Shown: positions 44,172 to 55,389 of the stretch, one piece after another
Layout of the letters: the number at the start of each line of letters is the position of its first letter
Numbering within the stretch: the stretch's first letter is position 1
Assembly: GCA_030654225.1 (NCBI GenBank)
Contig: JAURXY010000027.1
Coordinates: 1 to 58,980, forward strand
From: a bacterium
Lineage (GTDB): Bacteria; Patescibacteriota; Minisyncoccia; Moranbacterales; UBA2206
DNA: 58,980 bases
Direction of reading: 5' to 3'
The notes under the pieces: model-generated
The model's input: the letters and a program-made list of their open reading frames with translations, nothing else
What the model was told of the DNA's origin: nothing
Databases searched by the model: none
Position numbers and translations under genes: made by a program

Positions 44172-44267
44172 TCCAACGAAAAAGATATTGGCAAGCCTAA
44201 AATTTTTCCTAACAAAAAACTCGAGGATCAACCTCGAGTTTTTTAATTTTGTTGTAATATGAATTTT

Positions 44268-44852
44268 CTATTTTATAATCTTATCCACTATCCCATATTT
44301 CTTAGCTTCTTCAGCACTCATAAAATAGTCGCGCTCGGCGTCACGTTCGACTTTTTCCAATTTTTGTCCGGTGTGACGCGCCATAATTTCATTGAGTCTT
44401 TTTTTGATACTCAGGATATGTTTGGCATGGATGTCGATGTCCGTAGCTTGTCCTTGCGCGCCACCCATCACTTGATGAATCATCACTTCGCCATTTGGCA
44501 AAATCATTCGCTTGCCTTTTTCTCCAGCCAAAAGAAGCAGAGCTGCCGCTGAAGCTGCCATTCCCACACAAATGGTGGAAATACTTGGTTTCACATGTTG
44601 CATGGTGTCATAAATTGCCAAAGCCGAAGTCACTTGCCCCCCGGGAGAATTGATGTAGAGCTTGATATCTTCCTTGGAATTTTGTGAAGTCAAAAACAAA
44701 AGCTGGGCAATGATTGAGTTAGCCGACACATCATCAATCGGCCCGCCAAGAAAAATAATTCGGTCTTTCAATAGTCTCGAGTAAATATCATAAGCTCGCT
44801 CGCCATAACTAGTTTTTTCGATGACAGTTGGAATTAGATACTGGTTATTCAT
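44268..44852 (-). CDS. clpP: ATP-dependent Clp protease proteolytic subunit
   Basis: [29 protein letters not shown]; start moved to 44852. Confidence 0.98.
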   Translation of the reverse strand: MNNQYLIPTVIEKTSYGERAYDIYSRLLKDRIIFLGGPIDDVSANSIIAQLLFLTSQNSKEDIKLYINSPGGQVTSALAIYDTMQHVKPSISTICVGMAASAAALLLLAGEKGKRMILPNGEVMIHQVMGGAQGQATDIDIHAKHILSIKKRLNEIMARHTGQKLEKVERDAERDYFMSAEEAKKYGIVDKIIK

Positions 44853-44856
44853 AGAT

Positions 44857-44952
44857 ATCTGAACCACCTGATTTTCACTGATTATCCTGATTGCACTTGA
44901 ATTAAAATTCAGTGTAATCAAGTGATCTCATGTGCTAATCAGTGGTTCTGAT
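44857..44952. repeat. degenerate CTGAT/ATCAG palindromic repeat
   Basis: Repeated CTGAT arm and repeated ATCAG/TCAGTG arm between tig and clpP. Confidence 0.65.
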
Positions 44953-46232
44953 TAAAGTTTTTCCAAATAATCAAACACCTTCTCATTCTCCAAAACTCCC
45001 TTACTATAAGTATACAATCCTTCCATGTCAATATTCTTCTCCATATCTTTGACATTTTTATAGTATTGCAAAGTCTTATTCATTTCGGCTTCAACTTCTT
45101 CAGAAGTGGCTTCCAAACTTTCCATTTTAGCCAATTCTTTGAGCGCCATCGCGCTAATCACTCGTTTCTCAGCTTGCGGTTCCCAGTCATGAATCAATTC
45201 TTCCTTGTCTTTTTTGATTTGCGCCAAGTATTGATCAATGTCCATCCCCATCGGCGTAAGTTGGTATTCAAATTCTTGAAGCATTCGATGAGATTCTTGA
45301 TGAACCAAAATTTCAGGTAGTTCTACGGTGGAATTTTTTATTATCTCTTCAATATATTTCACTCTCTTTTCATCTTTCATTTTATGCAAAGCTTCGTGCT
45401 CCATTCCTTCTCGCATATTTTTCTTGAGTGCTTCCAAATTTTCAAATTTTCCCAGTGACACTGCAAATTCATCGTTGATTTCAGGAGTTTGCCGATCTTG
45501 AACTAGATTTACTTTCACTTTGAAGCTTGCTGGTTTTCCAGCTAAATCTTTTTTGTGATAGTCCGCTGGAAAATTCAATTCAAATTCTTTTTCTTCGCCC
45601 TCTTTCATGCCAATGACTTGTTCTTCAAAGCCAGGGATAAAAACTCCTCGGCCAATGATGAGTGGATGTTTTTTGCTAGTGCCGTTTTCAATTGGCACAC
45701 CACCTACTTTCACTTCGAAATCAATTTCTACATTGTCATTTTTTTGTGCTTCGCGGGTCACTGTCACCAACTTCACTCGGCTGTTGGCCAATTTTTCCAA
45801 TTCTAATTCCAAATCTTTTTCATCCACTTCTGGTTTTTTTTCTTTGTACTCTTTGTTAATTTCTTTTATCCCCTTCACATATTTTTCTTCCACCTTGATT
45901 TCCGGCATCACCGCTACCACAGCTTTATATTTCAAATCCTTTCCCTCTTCGATTTTTAAAACTTCCACTTTCGGACTACCAATGGCTTCGATTTTTTCTT
46001 TGACGATAAAATCCGCATAACTTTTTTGCACCGCTTTCTCAGCTGCGCCATTCAGGATCACTCCTTTGCCAACTTTTTCCTCAACCATTTTTCTTGGGGC
46101 TTTGCCAGGACGAAATCCGGCGATATTAAATTCTTCCGATGTCTCTTTGGCAACTGCATCCAAATATTTTTCCCATTCTGCCGAAGGAATAGAAACTTCA
46201 AATTCAATTTGCGATTTAGGTAAATGTTTCAT
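44952..46232 (-). CDS. tig: trigger factor
   Basis: GFRPGKAP signature, FKBP-like FIPGFEEQ; tig-clpP synteny. Confidence 0.97.
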   Translation of the reverse strand: MKHLPKSQIEFEVSIPSAEWEKYLDAVAKETSEEFNIAGFRPGKAPRKMVEEKVGKGVILNGAAEKAVQKSYADFIVKEKIEAIGSPKVEVLKIEEGKDLKYKAVVAVMPEIKVEEKYVKGIKEINKEYKEKKPEVDEKDLELELEKLANSRVKLVTVTREAQKNDNVEIDFEVKVGGVPIENGTSKKHPLIIGRGVFIPGFEEQVIGMKEGEEKEFELNFPADYHKKDLAGKPASFKVKVNLVQDRQTPEINDEFAVSLGKFENLEALKKNMREGMEHEALHKMKDEKRVKYIEEIIKNSTVELPEILVHQESHRMLQEFEYQLTPMGMDIDQYLAQIKKDKEELIHDWEPQAEKRVISAMALKELAKMESLEATSEEVEAEMNKTLQYYKNVKDMEKNIDMEGLYTYSKGVLENEKVFDYLEKL

Positions 46233-46295
46233 ATGCTTTTCTTTACTAATTACTAATCGAATACTAATATACGAATAATGAGATAGAATTAAATA

Positions 46296-46436
46296 AATAA
46301 TTTTTAATTTTCGCAGGAATTACTGTCTGAGAATTTTTATTTTTTCCAAAATTTTTCTGCGTCGCCGTCGGTTGTCAGAAAAATTTTGGTTAAAAAATAA
46401 GAATTCGAGTTAATTTCAAGAAAATTTAAAATTATT
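46296..46436. repeat. ~140-bp imperfect inverted repeat
   Basis: AATAATTTT/AAAATTATT, GAATT/AATTC and CCAAAATTTTTCTG/CAGAAAAATTTTGG, with a GC-rich apical loop. Confidence 0.8.
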
Positions 46437-46441
46437 ATATG

Positions 46442-48463
46442 TTAGATTAGCAATCCGACTATTAGCAGTGCTACGATATTAAGAATTTTAATCATAGGGT
46501 TAATCGCTGGTCCAGCTGTGTCTTTGTATGGGTCCCCAACAGTGTCACCTGTCACCGCAGCTTGATGAGCAAAACTGCCTTTGCCTCCAAAGTGTCCAGT
46601 TTCAATATATTTTTTCGCGTTATCCCAAGCTCCGCCTCCACTTGTCATAGAAATTGCCACAAAGATTCCTGTTATAATTGATCCAACCAAAAGTCCCCCG
46701 AGCGCTTCCACTCCCAAAACAAAACCAATTAGAATTGGAGTAACTACCGGGATAAGAGCTGGTACTATCATTTCTCGAATTGCAGCTTTAGTCACAATAT
46801 CCACCGTGCTACCATAATCAGGTTTTTCTGTTCCATCCATAATGCCTGGTTTTTCCTTGAATTGTTTTCGAACATCCTCTACCACTGCTCCAGCAGCTTT
46901 CCCAACCGCTTGCATACAAAGTGCTCCAAAATAATATGGCAAGAGTCCACCAATAAAAAGACCCGCCAAGACTTTTGGATCATTGATCATAAATTGAACA
47001 GTGTTTGGAATGCTATGAGTAAAGTCAGCAAATAAAACTAACGCAGCCAAAGCAGCTGATCCGATAGCATATCCTTTTGTCACTGCTTTTGTAGTGTTGC
47101 CAACGGCGTCCAAGGGATCGGTAATATTTCTAACATCCTCTCCCATTTCAGCCATTTCCGCAATACCTCCAGCGTTGTCGGTAATTGGACCATATGAATC
47201 AATCGCCACAATTATCCCTGCCATCGAAAGCATCGCCATTGCTGCAATCGAAACACCATAAATTTCAGCTAGTGAGTAGGCTGAGAGTATCGCAAGCACA
47301 ATCACAATCACTGGCAGTGCTGTTGATTTCATTGAAACAGCTAGTCCGGCAATCACATTTGTTCCATGTCCTGTTTTTGAAGCCTCAGCAATATCTTTTA
47401 CCGGTTTATATTTTGTTGAAGTATAATATTCAGTAATAACTACCATTAGAGCCGTCACAATAAGTCCAATAAGCGAAGATAGATAAAGACTAAGTGTGGA
47501 ATATTTTCCGTTGTCTGCCATGAAAAAATTTGTGGCAGGATAAAAAGCAATTGCAGCTAGAACTCCAGAAACAATCAATCCCTTATACAACGCTTCCATA
47601 ATATTTTGACTCCCGCCTGCATCGCTATGTGAAGCATTGCGGGCAGGTTTCCCAAGCTTCACAAAAAAAGTTCCAATGATTGAAGTGATAATAGAAATAG
47701 AACCTAATATCAAAGGAAAAATAATCGCGTTAGAAAAATTTGCGAAGAGAAGAGATCCTAATATCATAGTTGCAATGGAAGTCACGGCATAAGTTTCAAA
47801 AAGATCCGCCGCCATTCCAGCGCAGTCACCAACGTTGTCGCCAACATTGTCCGCAATCACCGCTGGATTTCTTGGGTCGTCCTCTGGAATTCCTGCTTCA
47901 ACTTTTCCCACAAGGTCAGCTCCCACATCTGCTGCCTTGGTGAAAATTCCGCCACCTAGTCGGGCAAAAATTGAAATTAATGATCCACCAAAACCAAAAC
48001 CGATGAGAGCATGGATGTCTCTAGTTATAAAATAAAATCCAGAAGTTCCGAGCAGTGCCAAACCAACCACTAGCATTCCCGTAATACTTCCCCCTTGGAA
48101 AGCCACCGTCAAAGCTTTTTGCATTCCACCTCGAGCTGCCTCGGCAGTTCTCACATTCGCTCGTACCGAAACATTCATTCCAATGTACCCTGTTAGCGCT
48201 GAAAGAATTGCACCAATAATAAAAGCAATAGCTGTTAACCAACCTAGACTTGGAATTAGCCCGATAACAACGAATAACACAACTGCCACCACTGCCACTG
48301 TTTTATATTGACGATTGAGATATGCTTTCGCTCCTTCTTGAATAGCTTTGGCAATTTCTTGCATTTTTTCATTGCCACTTGGCAAACGCAAAACCTTTTC
48401 AATTAATATCACTCCATAAATGATAGCGGCTACTGCTCCTCCCAAAATGAATAGTGTCGTCAT
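46442..48463 (-). CDS. hppA: membrane-bound H+-translocating pyrophosphatase (K+-independent signature)
   Basis: [36 protein letters not shown]. Confidence 0.96.
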   Translation of the reverse strand: MTTLFILGGAVAAIIYGVILIEKVLRLPSGNEKMQEIAKAIQEGAKAYLNRQYKTVAVVAVVLFVVIGLIPSLGWLTAIAFIIGAILSALTGYIGMNVSVRANVRTAEAARGGMQKALTVAFQGGSITGMLVVGLALLGTSGFYFITRDIHALIGFGFGGSLISIFARLGGGIFTKAADVGADLVGKVEAGIPEDDPRNPAVIADNVGDNVGDCAGMAADLFETYAVTSIATMILGSLLFANFSNAIIFPLILGSISIITSIIGTFFVKLGKPARNASHSDAGGSQNIMEALYKGLIVSGVLAAIAFYPATNFFMADNGKYSTLSLYLSSLIGLIVTALMVVITEYYTSTKYKPVKDIAEASKTGHGTNVIAGLAVSMKSTALPVIVIVLAILSAYSLAEIYGVSIAAMAMLSMAGIIVAIDSYGPITDNAGGIAEMAEMGEDVRNITDPLDAVGNTTKAVTKGYAIGSAALAALVLFADFTHSIPNTVQFMINDPKVLAGLFIGGLLPYYFGALCMQAVGKAAGAVVEDVRKQFKEKPGIMDGTEKPDYGSTVDIVTKAAIREMIVPALIPVVTPILIGFVLGVEALGGLLVGSIITGIFVAISMTSGGGAWDNAKKYIETGHFGGKGSFAHQAAVTGDTVGDPYKDTAGPAINPMIKILNIVALLIVGLLI
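47612..47647. repeat. 36-bp palindromic element inserted in frame in hppA ([12 protein letters not shown])
   Basis: CCCGCCTGCATCGCTATGTGAAGCATTGCGGGCAGG; matches the ftsK copy. Confidence 0.9.
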
Positions 48464-48493
48464 AGTTTTAAAATTAATAATTATTTTAAAATT

Positions 48494-49780
48494 TTATTCG
48501 CTTACTTCTTGTGTTTCTTCTTTTTCTTCTATCATTTCCTCTTTTATTTCCACTTTTTCAGTTTCATTTTTTTCATCTTCGATTTCCTCACCTTCTGGTT
48601 TCAACCCCTTAATATCAATTTTCCAACCGGTAAGTTTGGCAGCCAAGCGCACATTTTGCCCACGCTTACCAATAGCTAGTGACAATTGATCTTCTGCGAC
48701 AAAAACCACCGCTTCATTTTTTTCTTCATCAATGTCCACTTTCAAAACCTTAGCAGGAGAAAGAGAAGCTGAGATAAATTTTGCCACGTCTTCATTCCAA
48801 AGCACAATGTCAATTTTTTCTCCGCCCAACTCATCAATCACCGCTTGCACTCTTGTGCCTTTTTGTCCGACACAAGAACCAATTGGATCAATGCCGTCTT
48901 CTGAAGAAGTTACTGCAATTTTGGTTCGCTCTCCCGCTTCTCTAGCGATGGATTTTATCTCCACTGTACCGGCAAAAATTTCCGGCACTTCCAACTCAAA
49001 CATTTTTTTCACCATATCTGGATTGGTTCGACTCAAAGTTATCCCAGGACCTTTTGTTCCAACATCAACTTTTTGCAAATATACTTTCACTCTTTGCCCT
49101 AAACGATAATTTTCTCTTTCAATTTGTTCATTCGGAAAAAGCACTCCAATTGATTTTCCAAGATCAACAAATACATTTCTTCCTTCCACTCTTTGCACCA
49201 CACCACTAATAATTTCTCCTTCCTTGTTTTTATATTCTTCAAACATTGAATCTCTTTCCGCTTCACGAATTCTTTGAATGATCACTTGTTTGGCTGTTTG
49301 CGCCGCCACTCGTCCATAATCACTTTTTTGTTCTAATTCTGTTTCGATAATATCACCAATCACTGCATCCTTTTTTATCTTTTTTGCTTCTGCTAAAGTC
49401 AAATCTCTTTCCATATTATATCTTGGCAATCTTTCTTCCTCGCTTTCTGTGTCATTCTGTCTTTTTTCTGTGTTTTTCTGTATTTTTAATTCTGTGTCAT
49501 TCTGTTCTTCAATAAATTCGCGCGTTGTTTCGTCTACTACTTCTTTGACAAGAAAGAATTTTGCTCCACCTGTGAGCTCATCAAATTCAGAGCGAATATT
49601 TTGTCCCCGTTTGCCATAATCTTTTTTGTAAGCTGCCGCCAGTGCCGCTTCAATTGTTTCCACTACTTTTTCTTTGGAAATTCCTTTTTCCTCGCAAAGT
49701 GCTGAGATAGCACTGCTAAAATCACCAGTTCTTCCTGCTGATTCATTTTCCTCGTCTTTTTTCGCCTTTTTCTTTGCCAT
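48494..49780 (-). CDS. nusA: transcription factor NusA
   Basis: GRVAAQTAKQVI.Q, S1 and KH domains, LSLAIGK.GQNVRLAA.LTGW.ID; start probably 49780. Confidence 0.97.
   Translation of the reverse strand: MAKKKAKKDEENESAGRTGDFSSAISALCEEKGISKEKVVETIEAALAAAYKKDYGKRGQNIRSEFDELTGGAKFFLVKEVVDETTREFIEEQNDTELKIQKNTEKRQNDTESEEERLPRYNMERDLTLAEAKKIKKDAVIGDIIETELEQKSDYGRVAAQTAKQVIIQRIREAERDSMFEEYKNKEGEIISGVVQRVEGRNVFVDLGKSIGVLFPNEQIERENYRLGQRVKVYLQKVDVGTKGPGITLSRTNPDMVKKMFELEVPEIFAGTVEIKSIAREAGERTKIAVTSSEDGIDPIGSCVGQKGTRVQAVIDELGGEKIDIVLWNEDVAKFISASLSPAKVLKVDIDEEKNEAVVFVAEDQLSLAIGKRGQNVRLAAKLTGWKIDIKGLKPEGEEIEDEKNETEKVEIKEEMIEEKEETQEVSE
49444..49505. repeat. 21-bp-period coding repeat in nusA (QNDTE)
   Basis: QNDTELKIQKNTEKRQNDTE; same unit as in ftsK. 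Confidence 0.8.
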
Positions 49781-49789
49781 AATATAATT

Positions 49790-49870
49790 TACAGAAAGCA
49801 ACACAGAAATTTGCAGAATGACACAAAAAAATTCTGTGCCGTTCTGTATTTCTTCTGCGTTTTTCCGTGT
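49790..49870. repeat. intergenic palindromic ACAGAA/TTCTGT repeat
   Basis: ACAGAA-unit left arm and TTCTGTGCCGTTCTGT...TTCTGCGT right arm, upstream of nusA. Confidence 0.75.
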
Positions 49871-49959
49871 TATTTTTAAAAAAAGTCCGCTTTCCGCGAA
49901 CTTCATCCAGACACTATCTTACTTTTAGATACTATCAAAATAACAGCAATAAGTCAATA

Positions 49960-51087
49960 CTAAAAAATAAACTCCGCATAATTATCCTTATTTATCAATG
50001 TTACATTACTTTGTGCATAAGTTTTCAAAAATATTTCCGGTATCTTAAATTTATCTTTTTTCCATTTAATTTCAAAACCATTGAGTTTTCCGCCAGCATC
50101 TTCAAGATAATCAATTTCTTTACCTTCTTTTGTACGCCAAAAATATGTGTTGCGATCCAACCCATTGTTGCTGTTGAATTTCAACCTTTCGCTAATCAGA
50201 AAATTTTCCCAAAGCGCTCCCACATCTTGACGCAAATTCAAAGGATTTAGATTATTGATAATAGCATTTCTAACCCCTGTATCAAAAAAATATATCTTGC
50301 GAAGTTCTTTCAATTCGCTCCGCAAATTTCGACTATATGGATTGAGTCGAAAAATTATAAAAGCTTTTTCCAAAATTTGAATATAGTTAGCTACTGTATT
50401 TTTGTCTATACCTACGGTTTGCGCTAATTCATTATATGAAACTTCATCGCCAATTTGCAATGCTAACGCTTGCAATAGCTTCTCAATCGCTTCGCTGTTT
50501 CTGATGCCTTGAAATTCCAAAATATCTTTATATAAATAACTTTTTGCCAAACTTTTCAAATTTTTTTGAGCTTCTTTTCCACCATCAATCACTTCCGGAT
50601 ACATTCCAAAAATAATTCGTTGCTCCAATAGTCGATTCAACTCTAGTTCAGAATAAATAGCCTTCAGTTCTGAATAAGAAAAAGGATAAAGGAAAAATTC
50701 ATTTTTTCTGCCTGTGAGTGGTTCTGCGATTTTGTTGGAAAGATCAAAGGAAGATGAGCCTGTAGCAATTATTTGATTCTCCGGAAAATTATCGGCAATT
50801 AACTTCAGAGTCAGTCCGATATTTTTGATTCTTTGGGCTTCATCGAGAATGACTATTTTTGCTTTTCCTAAATAAGCCTTTATTTCAGTAGAAGTTTTAT
50901 CCGAAAAAGCCTCTCTGATGTCTGGCTCATCGCAATTGAGATAAATTGATTCAACAAGATATTTTTTTTGAATTTCTTTGACCAAGGTAGTTTTGCCAAC
51001 TTGTCTGGCGCCATAGATAATCACAATTTTGCCTTTAAAAAGGGCTTTTTCCACAGAATCTTGAATTTTTCTCTTTATTATTTCCAT
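49960..51087 (-). CDS. AAA+ ATPase (AAA_14 + DUF4143)
   Basis: GARQVGKTT, LDEAQ, TGSSS, KIYFFDTGVRN; paralog of 17607-18749. Confidence 0.92.
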   Translation of the reverse strand: MEIIKRKIQDSVEKALFKGKIVIIYGARQVGKTTLVKEIQKKYLVESIYLNCDEPDIREAFSDKTSTEIKAYLGKAKIVILDEAQRIKNIGLTLKLIADNFPENQIIATGSSSFDLSNKIAEPLTGRKNEFFLYPFSYSELKAIYSELELNRLLEQRIIFGMYPEVIDGGKEAQKNLKSLAKSYLYKDILEFQGIRNSEAIEKLLQALALQIGDEVSYNELAQTVGIDKNTVANYIQILEKAFIIFRLNPYSRNLRSELKELRKIYFFDTGVRNAIINNLNPLNLRQDVGALWENFLISERLKFNSNNGLDRNTYFWRTKEGKEIDYLEDAGGKLNGFEIKWKKDKFKIPEIFLKTYAQSNVTLINKDNYAEFIF

Positions 51088-51446
51088 ATATTTTCTCTTT
51101 TTAGTGAATTAACTAACCTAATTATATATCCTTTTGGTGAATTTGTCAATCATTATCTCTTTTTTTATCGGTAAATACCTAATTTTTTAGTACTTACGCT
51201 AATTTTATGCAAAATTTTTACTCCTTTATTTGAAGCTTATTTGTCATATTGTATTTTATAAAATACATACTGCCAAACTAAATTTGACTTTTTTCCAATT
51301 TTGTGCTAGTATTTGGTGTTATCATAATAGTGTGATGACCGGCTAAAAACTTCATTTTTGGAGCCGTCAACATAAGGTTCCTTAACAATTTCATATCACA
51401 CATAAACTTAAACTTCTCGCATAAGCGAGAGAAAGAGAAGGACAAA

Positions 51447-52199
51447 ATGGTTGACACCGAAAAAAACAAGACAGAAAAAAAAGAAAAAAGAAGTACTGGG
51501 AGAATGATTTGGGAAGCACTCCAGACTATTGGGGCTGGTGCCGGGATCCTGGCATTACAGCACGCGTTGAATGAAACATTTACAAGCGCCGGCAAAAAAG
51601 CTGGCGAGGTGGTCAGTAAAAAAATCGGCGATGCTTTCGGATTAAGTTCCGAAGAAGCCGAAAAAACCGATGATGATGAAATATCTCTTGGGAAAGTATA
51701 TGTGCGAGGAATATTGACTCCGAATGAAGTAAGGGATATTAAAATCTGGATTGAAAGTCTGAGAAATTCTAGTGAGACTGAAAAACTTGCTGATGAATTT
51801 GTCAGGCGCATTCATAACGCTCTTGTAAAATCAATAAAATCGCACGAGATTGAGACAGGCACAAAAGATAAACCCAGAAAAAAAACCGTTGTGGATGATA
51901 CCGAGGGAATGAAAATCGCAGTAGGTTTGATCCGTGATATCCTCGCGGAATCAACAGAAGAAAGAAGATTTGCGATATTGAAAAGAGAAAAAATTAAAAT
52001 TCCAGTTAAAAAACCTACCCCCGCAGCCGATGCAGTTAAAAGATTCGGCACAAAGACAAAAGAAAAAATTAAAGAAACTGGCGAAAAAGTCGCACAAGAC
52101 CAAAAAGCCAATTTTACCGACCTCGGCTCATTCGCCGAAAATGCCCACGCAAATGCGAAACAGCGTCTCAAAGACGCATTCAATAACAGGAGAAAATAA
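51447..52199 (+). CDS. hypothetical protein
   Basis: 250-aa ORF with SD AAGGA; N-terminal Gly/Ala amphipathic segment. Confidence 0.75.
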   Translation: MVDTEKNKTEKKEKRSTGRMIWEALQTIGAGAGILALQHALNETFTSAGKKAGEVVSKKIGDAFGLSSEEAEKTDDDEISLGKVYVRGILTPNEVRDIKIWIESLRNSSETEKLADEFVRRIHNALVKSIKSHEIETGTKDKPRKKTVVDDTEGMKIAVGLIRDILAESTEERRFAILKREKIKIPVKKPTPAADAVKRFGTKTKEKIKETGEKVAQDQKANFTDLGSFAENAHANAKQRLKDAFNNRRK

Positions 52200-52202
52200 A
52201 TC

Positions 52203-53168
52203 ATGCAGATCATCATCGTAGTAGTCATATTGGCAATTGTGCTGTGGGTATTTAATACCACAGTTAGAAATCTCGTCAACGCCGGCGTTATGAACACGCT
52301 GGCATGGATTGTTAGTCACACTCCAACGATTGGTGGAATATTGGTAGCGATTTTAGCTATTATCTCCATACCAATCCTATTGGGGGTTGGCTGGATTGGC
52401 ATGTGGACATCCATCGGCAATTGGGCACTTTCGCCCATGGCTGGATGGATAATTGCCATCGGGGGAATAGTGGGAATTTTTTTTCTTGGCTGGTTAACTC
52501 GTCCACTAATTGCCATAGCAGTTATGATAATCGCGTTCGGTTTGTGCTTTCCAACTATTAAAGGAGCAATGAATCGATACAGCGCAAGCACTGAAATACA
52601 AATAGCAAACGAACTTGATGGACAAGCCCTGCAAAAACCATTACAGGGAGTTATGCCAGCAACAGTAATCAAAGATGCCGTTTTATACAAAGACAACGGT
52701 GAAATAACAACAATAGCAGTATCAGCAGGAACAGAGGTTGTAACTGTCGATTTAGAAAGACGACAATTCGTCGGAAATCCAGAAGCTTTTGCTCATATTA
52801 TGATACCGAGCATTGTCGGAGATTTCAAAGATGGAAGTATTGGCTGGATCCCGGTACGAAAGTTGCGCCTTGGAACAACCCCACCCTCCACCACCGACAA
52901 CACACCGGCGGAAGAAAAAAAGGTAATTATGGAAGTTTCAATAAGCGGATCGGAGTTTTCGCAAAACATTAATACTCTCCCGCTAGGAGAATATGAAGTA
53001 AATTTCAGCCCAGTTGCAGCGGCGGCTGGAGCAACATATTCTGTCCTCCTTCCAAATGGCGGAATAGAGACAAAAGAAATTAAAAATAATTTCATATCCA
53101 TTAAAGGAGGCGAGAAGGGATGTGGGCTTTGGACGGCAATAAAGTCCAAAGTAAAAATTTCTCAATGA
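52203..53168 (+). CDS. multi-TM protein with beta-rich (SH3-like) C-terminal region
   Basis: About four N-terminal TMs; GWIP motif; terminator at 53174-53207. Confidence 0.75.
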   Translation: MQIIIVVVILAIVLWVFNTTVRNLVNAGVMNTLAWIVSHTPTIGGILVAILAIISIPILLGVGWIGMWTSIGNWALSPMAGWIIAIGGIVGIFFLGWLTRPLIAIAVMIIAFGLCFPTIKGAMNRYSASTEIQIANELDGQALQKPLQGVMPATVIKDAVLYKDNGEITTIAVSAGTEVVTVDLERRQFVGNPEAFAHIMIPSIVGDFKDGSIGWIPVRKLRLGTTPPSTTDNTPAEEKKVIMEVSISGSEFSQNINTLPLGEYEVNFSPVAAAAGATYSVLLPNGGIETKEIKNNFISIKGGEKGCGLWTAIKSKVKISQ

Positions 53169-53228
53169 GAAAAAAGGGCAGGGGTCAATCATGACTCCCT
53201 GCCCTTAAATTTTGCAAAAAAATGAAAA

Positions 53229-54401
53229 TTAGAACAATGTACTCGTCGCGCGAAGCGCCATGTCAACGGCGCGAATGATCACAAAACCGGAAAGCGCGAC
53301 AATTATCCCGATGACCGAATAGGTCATATTTTTTTTGGCCGTTTCAATCATTTTGTCGTTGCCTGAAGCCATCAAATATTGACCACCAGAAATAATAAAC
53401 GCGATGAAAGTAATGAGTCCCAAAATTTCGAGCATCCAACTCACAATATTCACCAAAACAACTTTCACATTTGGAGAATCCGGAATGCCCGTTTTGGCAA
53501 TCGAATCAAAATCCAATCCGCCTGCACTAGTATTAGTGTTATTGTTATTACCGGTGTTATTATTACCGCCTGAAGGAACTTTTGAAGCTAAATAGCTAGC
53601 GAACTTGCTTGCTTCTCGGCCATATACACCACCTTGAGAAATACCATTGCAATTAATTGCTGAGACTTCACCTGTCGCCATCGCTTCCATACAATCATTT
53701 TTCATTGTGTTGAGATAAGATTGCATCGTGTTACAAATAGGCGCGCCAGAATAAAAAACTTTACACTGAGCTAAAATCTTTGCATTGCTAGCTTCATCAG
53801 TATTGCATAGCCCTTGTGCTTCTCCATCACTTTGCCCTACCATACATTGCGAAGGAAGCGCAACTATCGGAGCAGTTCCACCTGAAGCAGAATTGTTATT
53901 ATTATTTACGCCTGAATTATTTACATTCGTACCTCCATCAGAAGAATTACCCACTGGATTAGAAGTCAAGCCCGATAAGGAAGTAGCTGAAGGAGTAGAG
54001 GAAACATAAACTTCACAACATTTTTGATAAAAACTGCAGGAATCTCCTGCATCAACAATTTCCGTAGCTCCTACTGGATCACAACTAAATCCCATAGCTT
54101 GGCATGTGCCAGTGCCATCCTCACCATCTCCACAAGTTGTTCTACCTTGTGCATTTTCACCGGCAGGAGGAAAATTCGGATCATAACAACAAGTTGTTTG
54201 AAATGTATTTTCATAACAATGAGATCCTACAATCATTTCTGATCCGTCTGAACAATCTCCCATTTCACATTCACCTTTTTTCCATTCTTCTTTATCATTC
54301 CAGCAAATATCCGCAGCCCAAACACTATCCACTGATAATAAAAAAACAATTGCAACTAAACTCAAGAAAAATAAATTTTTTATTTTTATATTATATTTCA
54401 T
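53229..54401 (-). CDS. pilin-like protein (VirB2/TrbC-like C-terminus) with Cys-rich N-terminal domains
   Basis: Signal peptide; C..C...CC repeats; Asn/Gly linkers; G..YL.A.G......AKK...YSVIG...ALSG. Confidence 0.8.
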   Translation of the reverse strand: MKYNIKIKNLFFLSLVAIVFLLSVDSVWAADICWNDKEEWKKGECEMGDCSDGSEMIVGSHCYENTFQTTCCYDPNFPPAGENAQGRTTCGDGEDGTGTCQAMGFSCDPVGATEIVDAGDSCSFYQKCCEVYVSSTPSATSLSGLTSNPVGNSSDGGTNVNNSGVNNNNNSASGGTAPIVALPSQCMVGQSDGEAQGLCNTDEASNAKILAQCKVFYSGAPICNTMQSYLNTMKNDCMEAMATGEVSAINCNGISQGGVYGREASKFASYLASKVPSGGNNNTGNNNNTNTSAGGLDFDSIAKTGIPDSPNVKVVLVNIVSWMLEILGLITFIAFIISGGQYLMASGNDKMIETAKKNMTYSVIGIIVALSGFVIIRAVDMALRATSTLF

Positions 54402-54412
54402 AAAATACTTTT

Positions 54413-54826
54413 TTAGAATGATTCTCCGCTTAACATATATTGCGCCGCTTTGAAAACTACAAAACCAGAAAGACCAACAATCACACCAATAATAGAATAC
54501 AACATAGCTTTTTTAGCTTTCCCTGCCTGCGTTTCTTCTCCTGCAGCCGTGAGATACATTATCCCAGCGATGATAAAACCGATAACTGAAACTATACTCA
54601 AGATTCCAAGCATCCAATAGAGGATGCCTTCCACAATCCCATAAATTGATCCGCCAGGTAAGCCATAAGAATTGTTACTTAAACCTCCGCCACCCATACC
54701 GCCAGATCCACCAGAACCACCACTGATTACAACGCCCCAATCAATATCCAGTGCCAAAGCAATCTTTGGCAAAAGAATCATCGCGCCGACATATGCCAGC
54801 AGAAACATTTTTTTTGTCCTCTTCAT
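54413..54826 (-). CDS. VirB2/TrbC-like pilin
   Basis: Signal peptide; AGIMYLTAAGEE.QA.KAKKAM.YSIIG. Confidence 0.8.
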   Translation of the reverse strand: MKRTKKMFLLAYVGAMILLPKIALALDIDWGVVISGGSGGSGGMGGGGLSNNSYGLPGGSIYGIVEGILYWMLGILSIVSVIGFIIAGIMYLTAAGEETQAGKAKKAMLYSIIGVIVGLSGFVVFKAAQYMLSGESF

Positions 54827-54847
54827 TTTTTTTATTTTTAATTATTA

Positions 54848-55204
54848 TTAAAACATTTGCCCATTGAGCAAAAATACTGCCGCTTTGAAAATTACAAAAC
54901 CGCTGAGTCCAACAATCACTCCAAGAATTGAAAATGTCATCGCCTTTTTAGCTTTGCCAGCTTGAGTTTCATCGCCCGCCGCCGTGAGATAAAGAATTCC
55001 CGCAATTGCAAAGGCGCCAAAAGAAACCACTTCCAATATTCCCAAAGACCAAAAAACTATATTAGAAATAATTCCAAAAATCGGCGACTCGGGCATATTG
55101 AGACTCTTCACCGCCGGATCCTCCAAGTTCCATTGCGCCAAAATTTTTGTTGGCAAGAAAAAATAAGCTAAAAGAATTATAATTGATAATATTTTATTTT
55201 TCAT
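54848..55204 (-). CDS. VirB2/TrbC-like pilin
   Basis: AGILYLTAAGDETQAGKAKKAM..SILG. Confidence 0.8.
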   Translation of the reverse strand: MKNKILSIIILLAYFFLPTKILAQWNLEDPAVKSLNMPESPIFGIISNIVFWSLGILEVVSFGAFAIAGILYLTAAGDETQAGKAKKAMTFSILGVIVGLSGFVIFKAAVFLLNGQMF

Positions 55205-55249
55205 TTTATTTTTTTATTTGAAATTATTCGTAGATTCGAATGTCATTCG

Positions 55250-55294
55250 CCCGCCTCGCGTCGACGAGCAATCGTCTTTGCGAGTCGAGGCGGG
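55250..55294. repeat. GC-rich palindromic element (copy 2)
   Basis: Matches 11632-11675; flanks rejoin as ATTCG|TAGATTCGCATC. Confidence 0.9.
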
Positions 55295-55389
55295 TAGATT
55301 CGCATCGCTACTAAAATTATACCACACTTTTCCAAAAAATAAAAACAACCCGTAATCCACAGGTTGTTTTCAAAAAAATATATTTTTCT

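Noticed and set aside
49781..49906. N-terminal extension of NusA (and similarly ClpP 44853-44921)
   Set aside because: The extensions are read-through of palindromic intergenic repeats; downstream ATGs give normal N-termini.
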